A DNA stretch of 62,366 bases, filler included. It is 4 parts of 4 records of this genome, joined end to end, with 100 filler letters (N's around TTAATTAATTAA, not from the genome) between each part and the next. Parts side by side here need not be neighbours in the genome. Positions count along the whole stretch, not along the records: positions 1 to 31,345 come from SRR22947725_3625; 3 more parts are not named here. One strand, 5' to 3'. This document shows positions 19,574-28,917 of the stretch, piece by piece. Under the pieces are notes generated by a model. It was not told where the DNA came from, did no database searches, and saw nothing but the letters and a program-made list of their open reading frames with translations. A program made the translations under genes and the position numbers. The stretch's first letter is position 1; the number at the start of each line of letters is the position of its first letter.

Positions 19574-20398
19574 ATGTTGATCAGTAACGATTTTCATAAA
19601 GACTGCCAAACATTGCGTAGGTTGATCGTCAAAACTGCGTCTGAGTGCGGCCAGGCTGCACATATCGGTGGCAGTCTGAGCATGGTTGAACTTTTGAACG
19701 TCTTGTTTGGATTCCACCTCAAACATGATCCAAAAAATCCTGAGTGGGATGAACGGGACATTTTCATTCTAAGCAAGGGACATGCGGTTCTTGGCTATCT
19801 GGCAATTCTGCATTTTTATGGCTATTTTGACGCAGAAAAACTTCGCAGTTTCCAAACCAATGGCAGCGATTTAATCGCGCATCCGGTTAAGAAAATAGAA
19901 TTAGGCATTGAAAGTTCTAATGGCAGCCTTGGTCAAGGATTGTCGTTCGGGCTTGGGATGAGCTTGGGGTTCAAAAAGCGCAATCAAGATCGCAAGGTTT
20001 TCGTGTTGCTGGGGGATGGGGAATGTAATGAAGGCTCAGTCTGGGAGAGCGCCGCATCGGCATCAGAATTAGGGGCAGATAACCTCATCGCGATGTTAGA
20101 TGAAAATGGGTTTCGAAATGATGGCGCAAATACGACTTTTTCAAAGAACATAGTCCTCGCCGAAGCATGGGCTTCATTTGGCTGGAATGTAATCAGTGTT
20201 GATGGCCATGATCAAACCGAAATATCGGCCGCTTTTGAAGCGGCGAAAACAAACCGTGGAACCCCAACGATAATCGTGGCTAAAACCGTGAAAGGCAAAG
20301 GTGTCTCCTTTATGGAGGGCAATAATGATTGGCATCACAATCGTATTACGCCAACAGTTCTTGAGGATTGCATGGCAGCTTTAGAGGCTGAGATATAA
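19574..20398 (+). CDS. Transketolase, N-terminal (ThDP-binding) subunit
   Basis: HIGGSLS, FILSKGHA, GSLGQG, GDGECNEG..WE...N (ThDP motif), DGHD and WHH. Confidence 0.92.
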   Translation: MLISNDFHKDCQTLRRLIVKTASECGQAAHIGGSLSMVELLNVLFGFHLKHDPKNPEWDERDIFILSKGHAVLGYLAILHFYGYFDAEKLRSFQTNGSDLIAHPVKKIELGIESSNGSLGQGLSFGLGMSLGFKKRNQDRKVFVLLGDGECNEGSVWESAASASELGADNLIAMLDENGFRNDGANTTFSKNIVLAEAWASFGWNVISVDGHDQTEISAAFEAAKTNRGTPTIIVAKTVKGKGVSFMEGNNDWHHNRITPTVLEDCMAALEAEI

Positions 20399-20399
20399 T

Positions 20400-21371
20400 A
20401 TGGTTGAAATTACAAAAAGAAGCGCTCGGACGATGTCCCGGATGGGGCCGCGCCCTACCTATGGGCAAGCCATAGCGGCAGTTGGTTCCGTTAACGAAAA
20501 TATCATAGCCCTGTCTGCTGATCTTGGAAGATCGTCTGGTTTGGACAGGTTTTCAAAAGACTTCCCCTCGCAATTCATTAACACAGGTATTGCCGAGCAG
20601 AATATGGTGGGTGTTGCCGCCGGTCTTGCAAGAACCGGCTTTGATGTGTTCGCGTCAACCTTTGCGCCTTTTGCAAGCATGCGGGCCAGCGAACAAGTCA
20701 GGATGAACATGGGCTATATGGAGGAGCCTGTTAAGCTTGTAGCGTTAGGGAGTGGGTTGGCTATGGGTTTTCTGGGCAATTCTCACTATGGGTTGGAAGA
20801 TTTGGCGGTGATGCGGGCCATCCCTAATTTGGTAGTGATCTCACCTGCAGACTGCGCCGAGATACACAAGACGATCGAGGCATGTGTGAATTTTCCAAAG
20901 CCTGTTTATATCAGGCTCACCGGTGGTTTGAGCGCACCTATTGTCTATGAAGATGATTATGAATTTGAGATTGGCAAGGCTATTTGGGTGCGAAAAGGTG
21001 GCAAAATATGCATTGTTTCAACGGGCACTACGGTTGGTCAAAGTCTTGCAGCGGCCACCCAGCTAGAGAGCGAGAATGTGGATGTTTCTATCTTGAATAT
21101 GCATACGATCAAGCCATTGGATCATCACGCACTTGATCAGGTAGCTCAGGATTTTGATCATATTTTTGTGGTAGAGGAACATTCCACAATTGGCGGGCTT
21201 GGTGATGCCGTTGTGCGGTATTGCAATGATCACACGAACCATAGCGTTAAAATACACTGCCATGGCATTCATGACATGTTTGTTCCAACAGGTGACTATT
21301 CATTCCTGTTACAGAACGCCAAGCTTGATAGCACCGGTATTGCAGCATTTGTGAGAGAGACGTTGAGCTGA
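20400..21371 (+). CDS. Transketolase, C-terminal (pyrimidine-binding) subunit
   Basis: SADL, GIAEQNMVGVAAGLA, RASEQVR, SH..LED, KPLD and EEH. Confidence 0.92.
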   Translation: MVEITKRSARTMSRMGPRPTYGQAIAAVGSVNENIIALSADLGRSSGLDRFSKDFPSQFINTGIAEQNMVGVAAGLARTGFDVFASTFAPFASMRASEQVRMNMGYMEEPVKLVALGSGLAMGFLGNSHYGLEDLAVMRAIPNLVVISPADCAEIHKTIEACVNFPKPVYIRLTGGLSAPIVYEDDYEFEIGKAIWVRKGGKICIVSTGTTVGQSLAAATQLESENVDVSILNMHTIKPLDHHALDQVAQDFDHIFVVEEHSTIGGLGDAVVRYCNDHTNHSVKIHCHGIHDMFVPTGDYSFLLQNAKLDSTGIAAFVRETLS

Positions 21372-22027
21372 TGGAGGCGCAGCGCAAAAAATGGTACCTG
21401 TACGGCGCCGGTGGCCTTGGTGTGGAAACCATGGATATTCTGTGTGAAGCGATATCACTTTCCGGTGATGCGTTGTTTGACTGTGAATTTCTAGACGATA
21501 ACCCGACATCGGAGTCGCAAGCCGGATTTGCTGTGATAAATGCCAAGGATGCCGTTGCAGGGTCTTGCGTGACGATTGCGGTTGGTGAGCCGTATATCAG
21601 GCAAAAACTTTATGAAAAGCTGACTGAGCTTGCGTTACATCTTGCCTCTGTGATCTCGCCAAAATCACATATCTCCGGCCTTGCTATGGTTGGTGATGGG
21701 GCGATTATAGCCCCTTTTTGTTCTGTTCAGGCAACCGCTAGGATTGGCAAAAATGTAGCGGTCAACACCGCCTCTATAATTGGTCATGATGTGGTCGTTG
21801 GCGACAATGCTGTGCTTGCTTCGATGGTTAATTTGGGGGGCGATGTATCTGTTGGCGCACAAGCGTTTGTTGGAATGGGTGCTTTGGTAAAACAGGGTGT
21901 TTCGATCGGTGAATCATCGATTGTTGGCATGGGATCTGTTGTATATAATGACGTCCCCGACGGTATGATTGCACTGGGAAATCCAGCGCGGGTTGTGCGT
22001 CGAAATGAACATAAAAAGATTTTTTGA
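21371..22027 (+). CDS. NeuD/PglD-family sugar acetyl/acyltransferase
   Basis: YGAGGLG, FLDD, AVG, IGHD (catalytic His), hexapeptide repeats and GNPAR. Confidence 0.88.
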   Translation: MEAQRKKWYLYGAGGLGVETMDILCEAISLSGDALFDCEFLDDNPTSESQAGFAVINAKDAVAGSCVTIAVGEPYIRQKLYEKLTELALHLASVISPKSHISGLAMVGDGAIIAPFCSVQATARIGKNVAVNTASIIGHDVVVGDNAVLASMVNLGGDVSVGAQAFVGMGALVKQGVSIGESSIVGMGSVVYNDVPDGMIALGNPARVVRRNEHKKIF

Positions 22028-22041
22028 AAGATATCCAAATC

Positions 22042-22281
22042 ATGAATAACCGTGAAAAATACGATGAAGCTTTTATTGAGACTTTTGACCTAAAGCAGGA
22101 TCAATTGAATTCATCTCTTGAATATCAGAGCATCAATGCATGGGACTCGGTCGGCCATATGGCATTGATTGCCGAACTCGAGGATGTGTTCGATATCATG
22201 CTGGAAATGGACGATATTGTTGATTTTGGCTCTTACGAAACTGGCATAAAAACCATGCAAAAATATGGTGTTGATATTTAG
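22042..22281 (+). CDS. Acyl carrier protein
   Basis: 79-aa acidic protein with WDSVGHM phosphopantetheine Ser motif and LEDVFDI. Confidence 0.9.
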   Translation: MNNREKYDEAFIETFDLKQDQLNSSLEYQSINAWDSVGHMALIAELEDVFDIMLEMDDIVDFGSYETGIKTMQKYGVDI

Positions 22282-23673
22282 ATGTTTTGGCTGGATCGCC
22301 CTGATGCAAGTGACGATTTGCCGTTTTTAATTGATGGTGAAACCGTGCTCTCTTACGAGCAGACTTTTAGTCGTTCTGATGAAGTGTTTCAGCCGTTTGA
22401 GCGTAGTGTTGTTGCGATTTTATGTGGCCGGAACATAGAGACTGTAATCGGTTATGTTGGGGCGCTGAGGAACAATCATGTTCCCTTTATGCTGGACGCT
22501 AATTTGGATGAAGATGCGCTGTCGCGGTTGCTGGATTCCTATCAAGCTGAATTGATATTCTGCCCTTCCTCGATCCGATTGGCCGGTTACGAGCTGGTTG
22601 CACAGAGCGGCACCTACACCCTGCTGAAAAGATCGGATATAGATGATTGTAGGGAAATACATCCAGATTTAGGGTTGTTGCTCCACACTTCTGGAACGAC
22701 GGGCGACCCGAAATCTGTAAGGCTAAGTCAGAAAAACATTCAAAGCTGCACAGAATCAATTGTCAGATATCTAGAGCTTGAAAGTAACCGCAGAGCGATT
22801 TCTTTGTTGCCGTTGCAATACTCATACGGCTTGTCGGTGTTGAATTCTATAATTGAGGCGCGCGGGTCCTATTATATTTCCTCCCATTCGCCAATATCGC
22901 GTAAGTTCTGGGATGGCATTGTAACAGGTGGCATTACTGATCTGTCTGCCGTGCCTTTTATTTTTGAATCGATCAAAAGGATGCGGTTTTCCGATGACAT
23001 CCTAAAGACGTTGAAATATGTAACCCAAGCGGGCGGCAGGCTAGATTCAAAACTTACGGCGCATTTTCACAGTATTTTCTCGGAACATGGGATTAAATAT
23101 TTTACCATGTATGGTCAGACCGAGGCTTCGCCGAGGATTTGTTATCTTGATCCTGTGGATGCCAAGGCCAAGGCAGGCTCAGTAGGCCGGGTCATAGATA
23201 TTGGCGAAGTTACCATTCATCATCATGCCGATACGTCAGATGAGGGGGAACTGGTATATAAGGGGCCAAACGTCTGCATGGGATACGCCATAGACAGACA
23301 GGATTTGTTGAAAGCTGATGGTTTTGGCGGCATTCTCATGACCGGTGATTTGGCCAAGATCGATGCGGACGGTTTTGTCTATATAACGGGCCGGATCAAA
23401 CGTAATGTAAAATTACATGGGGTGTCTGTTAATCTGGATTTCATTGAGTCACGCCTTCGGGAAAGTGGACTTGATGCCCGCATAATTGGTCGGGATAACC
23501 TTGTTGCCGCAATTGTGGTAGGTAGTGGTGAGGAAGAGGCTCTGAGTTTTATGAGGGACAATTTTGCTTTTCATAATTCTGTCTTGAGGGTTGTATCGCT
23601 CGATACTATGCCGCTCAATGTTTCAGGTAAGCCAGATTACAAAGCGCTTGAACGTGAACATCTTGGAGCCTGA
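22282..23673 (+). CDS. AMP-dependent acyl-ACP/CoA ligase
   Basis: Adenylation motifs HTSGTTGDPK, YGQTEA, TGDLA, GRIKR and SGKPDY. Confidence 0.9.
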   Translation: MFWLDRPDASDDLPFLIDGETVLSYEQTFSRSDEVFQPFERSVVAILCGRNIETVIGYVGALRNNHVPFMLDANLDEDALSRLLDSYQAELIFCPSSIRLAGYELVAQSGTYTLLKRSDIDDCREIHPDLGLLLHTSGTTGDPKSVRLSQKNIQSCTESIVRYLELESNRRAISLLPLQYSYGLSVLNSIIEARGSYYISSHSPISRKFWDGIVTGGITDLSAVPFIFESIKRMRFSDDILKTLKYVTQAGGRLDSKLTAHFHSIFSEHGIKYFTMYGQTEASPRICYLDPVDAKAKAGSVGRVIDIGEVTIHHHADTSDEGELVYKGPNVCMGYAIDRQDLLKADGFGGILMTGDLAKIDADGFVYITGRIKRNVKLHGVSVNLDFIESRLRESGLDARIIGRDNLVAAIVVGSGEEEALSFMRDNFAFHNSVLRVVSLDTMPLNVSGKPDYKALEREHLGA

Positions 23674-23674
23674 T

Positions 23675-24679
23675 ATGATCGTGAAGGAATTGAGCGAACT
23701 CAACCAGCATCATCGCCAAGCGTGCGATCTATACCGCCATTATGTGGATAGTATGTTCCCCTTGAAACCAGCGCCAAAATTGCTCTCAGACCTGCCTTAT
23801 CTGCCAGTGCGGGCATTCAAGGAGCATGAATTAAAAAGTGTGCCGGACTCACAAGTTTATAAAGTCATGCGCTCTTCTGGAACGTCTGGTCACTTTTCAA
23901 AAATTTTCTTGGACAAGCGCACAGCGCAACTGCAAACGCGTGCATTGGTCGATGGTTTTGCCGATTATTTTGGCAAGGGACGTTTTCCTATGTTGATAAT
24001 TGATAATAGGAAGACGGTTGCGGACCGGAATTTCTACTCGGCCCGAACAGCGGCAATTAACGGCTTTTCGATGTTCTCACGGGGGCAATGTTTTGCCTTG
24101 GATGACGATATGGAGGTTGATTTTCCAGCGGTGAAAGCGTTTTTGCGCAAATATGAAGGGACCAAAATTTTTATTTTTGGTTTTACCTCTATTGTGTGGA
24201 GTAAGTTTATTCAAACACTTGCCAAACAAACCGAGGCGCTTGATCTTAGCAACGCTTTTTTGTTGCATGGTGGCGGGTGGAAAAAATTAGAGTCCGAAAA
24301 AATTTCAAATGATATGTTCAAAGAAAAAATACGGCAAATGACGGGGTGTGAACAGGTTCATAATTATTATGGAATGGTTGAACAGACTGGTACCATATTT
24401 ATGGAGTGTGAGAGCGGCAATATGCATGCCTCTGCTGGCGCTGATGTGTTGATCAGAGATCCTGCAAGCCTGGATGTGTTGGACGATGGCGAGCCGGGTC
24501 TGATACAGGTTTTCTCGGCGGTCCAACTGAGCTATCCCGGACATTCGATTTTGACCGAAGATGTCGGGCAAAAATATGATGGGGCTTCATGTTCATGTGG
24601 ACGCAGCGGTTCAATTGTAAACGTGTTGGGCCGTATGCAGCATGCGGAATTGCGTGGATGCAGTGATGCCTATTCCTGA
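23675..24679 (+). CDS. LuxE-like acyl-protein synthetase
   Basis: LPVRAFK, SSGTSG, FGFT, HGGGWKK, YYGMVEQ, SYPGHSILTED and C-terminal RGC (acylated Cys). Start ATG 23675 lies just after the upstream stop. Confidence 0.88.
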   Translation: MIVKELSELNQHHRQACDLYRHYVDSMFPLKPAPKLLSDLPYLPVRAFKEHELKSVPDSQVYKVMRSSGTSGHFSKIFLDKRTAQLQTRALVDGFADYFGKGRFPMLIIDNRKTVADRNFYSARTAAINGFSMFSRGQCFALDDDMEVDFPAVKAFLRKYEGTKIFIFGFTSIVWSKFIQTLAKQTEALDLSNAFLLHGGGWKKLESEKISNDMFKEKIRQMTGCEQVHNYYGMVEQTGTIFMECESGNMHASAGADVLIRDPASLDVLDDGEPGLIQVFSAVQLSYPGHSILTEDVGQKYDGASCSCGRSGSIVNVLGRMQHAELRGCSDAYS

Positions 24680-25868
24680 CATCAATGATCTGAATTTGGG
24701 GAATGTTTTCTGTGGTGCTGACCCTGAGTTTGACAACAGTATCGCGCGCAGTTGCGCCAATGCGGTGCTCGTGGAGTTTACCCACGCGCTGTCTGTCGCT
24801 ATCCTGAAAAACAAGGATGCACGACAGTTTCCTGACGTTGTGACCTTTGGTTATTTTTGCCGAAAGGCGAATATCAAACTTGTGCTGCAAGCGATGCAGA
24901 ACCCGGCATTGCGAAGAGGATGGGGCATTGTCGTCCATGTCGCACCATCCAATATTCCGGTGAATTTTGCATTTTCGTTTTTGATGGGATTCTTGACGGG
25001 TAATATTAATTATGTGCGTGTGCCTTCGATTGATGCCCCGCAGATAGATATTATCGTGACAGCCATAGACACATTGTTAAACCAACCGTCATTTGCCGGT
25101 CTTGCCAAGCGGATTAAATTCTTTCGTTGCGAGAGAGACAGTCCAGCCTTGATGAATTTGGTAAAGAGCTGTGATGGGTTGGTTGTTTGGGGCGGTGATA
25201 CCACCGTTGCAAAATTTCAGGCACAGCAGAAAAAGACAAATGTTGTAGAGCTATATTTTCCGGACCGGGCATCATCTCTACTGATCGACGCCGATGCGCT
25301 CATTGCATGTGATAGTGACGCGCTCACAACGCTTTCTCACGATTTCTTTAACGATACGTTTCTGGTTGATCAAAATGCATGTTCATCCCCGAATGTTGTG
25401 TATTGGCTTGGCAACCAAGAAGCCATCGCACAAGCACAGGCGAAGTTCTGGTCACGCATTGACGTGTTGCTGCAAGGTAAAATTCTGCCTCAAGCAACAA
25501 TGGCGATTGAAAAAAGACTCGATCTTTTGCGGATAACTCAGTCACTGGAACGTTCTGTGATGGTAAAAAAATTTAGCCAAGACATCTGGTTATTTGAAGA
25601 TAAAGAGTTGATTGGCGAGAGATTGCGATTTGGAAATTTTCTTCAGATTGGCCTCCAAGATACCTCTGAATTAGCCCAATATATTCGGCCAAATGAACAG
25701 ACTTTAACCTATTTTGGGGTGCCGCCAATGCAAGTTTATGAGACACTTCTTGCACATGGCTGTAATCTTGACCGCATTGTGCCAGTGGGGCAGGCGTTGG
25801 CAATTGGTATGCATTGGGATGGAAAGAACGTGTTAAATATGTTGTCGCACGAGATCGAAATAGCCTGA
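24666..25868 (+). CDS. LuxC-like acyl-CoA reductase
   Basis: G.VVHVAPSNIP.NF, WGGD.T, FPDR.S, DQNACSSP (catalytic Cys), QTL.YFG, DRIVPVG and WDG. Confidence 0.88.
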   Translation: MPIPDINDLNLGNVFCGADPEFDNSIARSCANAVLVEFTHALSVAILKNKDARQFPDVVTFGYFCRKANIKLVLQAMQNPALRRGWGIVVHVAPSNIPVNFAFSFLMGFLTGNINYVRVPSIDAPQIDIIVTAIDTLLNQPSFAGLAKRIKFFRCERDSPALMNLVKSCDGLVVWGGDTTVAKFQAQQKKTNVVELYFPDRASSLLIDADALIACDSDALTTLSHDFFNDTFLVDQNACSSPNVVYWLGNQEAIAQAQAKFWSRIDVLLQGKILPQATMAIEKRLDLLRITQSLERSVMVKKFSQDIWLFEDKELIGERLRFGNFLQIGLQDTSELAQYIRPNEQTLTYFGVPPMQVYETLLAHGCNLDRIVPVGQALAIGMHWDGKNVLNMLSHEIEIA

Positions 25869-26458
25869 TGTTTTATGAAACAACCAAACGTCTACTTGAC
25901 GTCGCGTGTGCATGTGTTTTGCTGGTGTTTCTATCGCCAGTGATTTTGCTGCCGATGATGTTGATATTTGTAAAAATGGGGCGGCCCATCTTCTTCGTGC
26001 ATCAGCGTAGCGGGTGGCAAAAGCGACCGTTCAATATGTTTAAGTTTCGAACCATGCACGCTGACAAGGGACAGGGGTTAACCGATGGCCAACGGATTAC
26101 GCCGTTTGGCCTGACGCTGAGGCGGTATAGCATTGACGAATTGCCTCAACTTTTAAACGTGTTGATGGGGCAAATGAGCATGGTTGGGCCAAGGCCGTTG
26201 CTGCGTGAGTATGATGACTTTTATTCGGAACTCCAAAATCAGCGGTTTCTGATGAAGCCGGGGATGACTGGTCTGGCGCAAATATCGGGAAGAAACAACC
26301 TGACATGGGACGAAAAGTTGCAGCTTGATGTAGAGTATGTACAGCGGCGTTCGCTTTGGCAGGACCTGAAAATCATCGCCAAAACACCGGTTGTTGTTTG
26401 CCGCGCACAGGGCTTTCGTCCATCTGGTGAATTGAAAAAGTTTAATTCAGAAAAGTGA
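25868..26458 (+). CDS. Initiating phosphoglycosyl transferase (PglC/WcaJ-like sugar transferase)
   Basis: KRLLD, KFRTM, SIDELPQL.NVL.G.MS.VGPRP and KPGMTGLAQ. ATG overlaps the LuxC stop (TGATG). Confidence 0.92.
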   Translation: MFYETTKRLLDVACACVLLVFLSPVILLPMMLIFVKMGRPIFFVHQRSGWQKRPFNMFKFRTMHADKGQGLTDGQRITPFGLTLRRYSIDELPQLLNVLMGQMSMVGPRPLLREYDDFYSELQNQRFLMKPGMTGLAQISGRNNLTWDEKLQLDVEYVQRRSLWQDLKIIAKTPVVVCRAQGFRPSGELKKFNSEK

Positions 26459-26465
26459 GATAATT

Positions 26466-26927
26466 ATGGGATTCTCGTTGAACGCACAGGAATTGCAAGA
26501 GTTTCAGCCGAACAGATATCCATTTTTGATGATAGATCGGGTGTCCGAAGTTGAACCGGGAGAGTTTGCAAAAGGGTATAAGCATCTGACCAATAATGAA
26601 TGGTATTTTCCGGTGCATTTCCCCGATGGGCCAAACATGCCCGGTGCATTGCAGCTTGAAGCGATGGCGCAGATGTTGACAGTTGCCATAACCACGCAAG
26701 AAGGCCTGAAAGGCAGTGTCACGCATGCACTAGAGCATACGGTGCGCTTTAGAAAAGAGGTGGTCCCCGGAGATACGCTTATCATCGAGGCTTTTGTGGA
26801 TAGCTGGCGTCGAGGTATTTGCAAGGGGCACGCATTTGGGTACACCGATGGAGACGTTGCGTGTGAGGCCAAAATGCTCATTACAATTCCGGACATATTG
26901 AACCGCTATACCCCAAAGAAACCATGA
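26466..26927 (+). CDS. FabZ-like 3-hydroxyacyl-ACP dehydratase
   Basis: PNRYPFLMIDRV, HFP..PNMPG.LQLEAMAQ (catalytic His/Glu) and F...VVPGD. Confidence 0.9.
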   Translation: MGFSLNAQELQEFQPNRYPFLMIDRVSEVEPGEFAKGYKHLTNNEWYFPVHFPDGPNMPGALQLEAMAQMLTVAITTQEGLKGSVTHALEHTVRFRKEVVPGDTLIIEAFVDSWRRGICKGHAFGYTDGDVACEAKMLITIPDILNRYTPKKP

Positions 26928-28510
26928 TGGATTTTGATGTTGTTGTAATTGGCGGCGGGGCAGCAGGGGCTGCCGTCACTTGGAAGTTGGCAAAGGAGGG
27001 GTTGAAGGTGGCGTGCCTTGAACGTGGCCCCTGGATGAAGCCTGAAGCGTACCCTTCAACAAAGCCTGATTGGGAAACCATCAAAACCAAGTCTTTTTCC
27101 CCTATTCCAGCCCGCCGTCAAAGCCATTATGACTATCCAATAGATGACAAAGACTCACCAATTTCTGTTTGTAACTTCAATGCTGTCGGCGGCTCTACAA
27201 TCCTATATTCCGGGCATTTTCCGCGCTTTAGAAAACGAGATTTTGAACTGCGTACAAAGGATGGCGTGGGAGAGGATTGGCCTATCTGCTACAATGATTT
27301 GCAGCCATATTATGATGTAAACGAAAATGAGATGGGGGTGGCAGGTCTGGTTGGTGATCCCGCCTATCCGGAGATTGAAAAGCTGTTGCCGCCAGTGCCT
27401 ATTGGCAAGAGTGGGCGGGTATTGGCCGAAGCGTTTAACAAACTAAATTGGCATTGGTGGCCAAGCTATTCTGCAATCTCAACCCGCCAATTTAACGGAC
27501 GCAATGCCTGTATTAACCTTGGGCCGTGCAATACGGGATGTCCTCAGCAGGCAAAATCAAGCGCGGATGTGACATACATGTCGCGTGCCAAAAATCTTCA
27601 AGCGCATGTGATAACCGAGGCGGCTGTTTCACGTGTGGTGATGAGGGGTAGGGTTGCTGTTGGTGTTGAATATTTCGATGCATCGGGCGTTAAAAATACC
27701 GTTATGGCCAAGAAAATAGTCCTTGCGGCCAGCGCAGTTGGAACGCCCCGAATTTTGCTCAACACAAAGACAAGTGATTTCCCAAATGGACTTGCGAATG
27801 GTGAAGATCAGGTGGGACGCAATCTGATGATTCATCCACTTGGGCTTGTGGATGGCGTATTTGATGATGAACTAGATCCTGATATCGGCCCACAGGGCTG
27901 CATGATTTACAGCCTTCAACATTACAGAGACCCTGAGGCCGGTCATAAGCTCGGGTATATGATGCAGGCCCTGCGCGGCGATGGCCCGCTTCAGGCTGCT
28001 CGTTTTGCGTGGTTGAAAAAGCGGCTGAACTTTGGCGGGTCGTTGATGCCGGACTTTGACGCAGTGTATAGACGAAAGCTGTCAATTTCGGTGGTTTGTG
28101 AGGATTTAGCAGAGCCGGAAAATCGAATTTTGCTCGACTCAGACACCAGCGATAGCTATGGCATCGCTGGCGTTAAGGTGGTCTATAAGTTACATGACAA
28201 TACGAGGGCAAGCATGCTTTCTGGGATGAAAAGAGCGCGCCAAGTCATGATCGCCGCGGGGGCAACGAAAACCTATGTTTTTGGTCCGGTCCGCGAAACC
28301 GGTTGGCATACGATGGGCACCTGCAGGATGGGATCCAATCCGAAAACGTCGGTCGTAAATAAATTTGGTGAAACGCATGGGGTGTCGAATTTATACATCG
28401 CGGACTCAAGCGTTTTTACATCGGGGTCTTGCGTTAATCCGGCCAACACGGTTCAAGCGGTTGCCCTTTATGTGGCGGATCACATTATCCAACAGCTAAA
28501 GGTGGCGTGA
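26924..28510 (+). CDS. GMC-family FAD oxidoreductase (gluconate/sugar dehydrogenase large-subunit type)
   Basis: VIGGGAAG, LERG, VGGST, CINLGPCNTGC Cys cluster, GRNLMIH, HTMGTCRMG and NPANT. Confidence 0.9.
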   Translation: MMDFDVVVIGGGAAGAAVTWKLAKEGLKVACLERGPWMKPEAYPSTKPDWETIKTKSFSPIPARRQSHYDYPIDDKDSPISVCNFNAVGGSTILYSGHFPRFRKRDFELRTKDGVGEDWPICYNDLQPYYDVNENEMGVAGLVGDPAYPEIEKLLPPVPIGKSGRVLAEAFNKLNWHWWPSYSAISTRQFNGRNACINLGPCNTGCPQQAKSSADVTYMSRAKNLQAHVITEAAVSRVVMRGRVAVGVEYFDASGVKNTVMAKKIVLAASAVGTPRILLNTKTSDFPNGLANGEDQVGRNLMIHPLGLVDGVFDDELDPDIGPQGCMIYSLQHYRDPEAGHKLGYMMQALRGDGPLQAARFAWLKKRLNFGGSLMPDFDAVYRRKLSISVVCEDLAEPENRILLDSDTSDSYGIAGVKVVYKLHDNTRASMLSGMKRARQVMIAAGATKTYVFGPVRETGWHTMGTCRMGSNPKTSVVNKFGETHGVSNLYIADSSVFTSGSCVNPANTVQAVALYVADHIIQQLKVA

Positions 28511-28917
28511 TGATGGATGTCTCAGGCCTGCTAGATAGAATGTTTCCAGGTGGTGGGGCGCAGGGACTACCCTCTTTTTCAAGTCTGGGTGAACCAGCAA
28601 CTTCCATATTTGCCAAAGAAGGCTATCATAACCTAGGCAATGCGTTGGTGGTGTGTTTGTCCCAATTGCGCAATCTGGACAGTGTCGATGTTAACGATGT
28701 TTTGAAGCAGCTGAGGGCGCAGGATTTTGACCTTGCCAAATCTTTTGTAAGCAAGGCTTTGGATGTGTATTTTACCCACCCTGATGTTATCAGTGCGCTG
28801 TCGATGGGAAGAACAACGCTCTTTCCGAATGAACGGATTTTAGAGGACATTGACTATGATTTGCTAGAGCAGGTGGTCAATCATAACCTTGGAGGCTTTC
28901 GTGACCAACAAGATTGA
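28507..28917 (+). CDS. Small hypothetical protein, possible GMC partner (gluconate 2-dehydrogenase subunit 3-like)
   Basis: Overlaps the GMC stop. LLDRMFP...LPS and YFTHPDV..AL patterns recall dehydrogenase small subunits; the similarity is weak. Confidence 0.45.
   Translation: MMMDVSGLLDRMFPGGGAQGLPSFSSLGEPATSIFAKEGYHNLGNALVVCLSQLRNLDSVDVNDVLKQLRAQDFDLAKSFVSKALDVYFTHPDVISALSMGRTTLFPNERILEDIDYDLLEQVVNHNLGGFRDQQD

Noticed and set aside
23675-25868. Bioluminescence (lux) operon
   Set aside because: No luxA, luxB, luxD or luxG; the genes are embedded in a polysaccharide operon with an ACP and a ligase.
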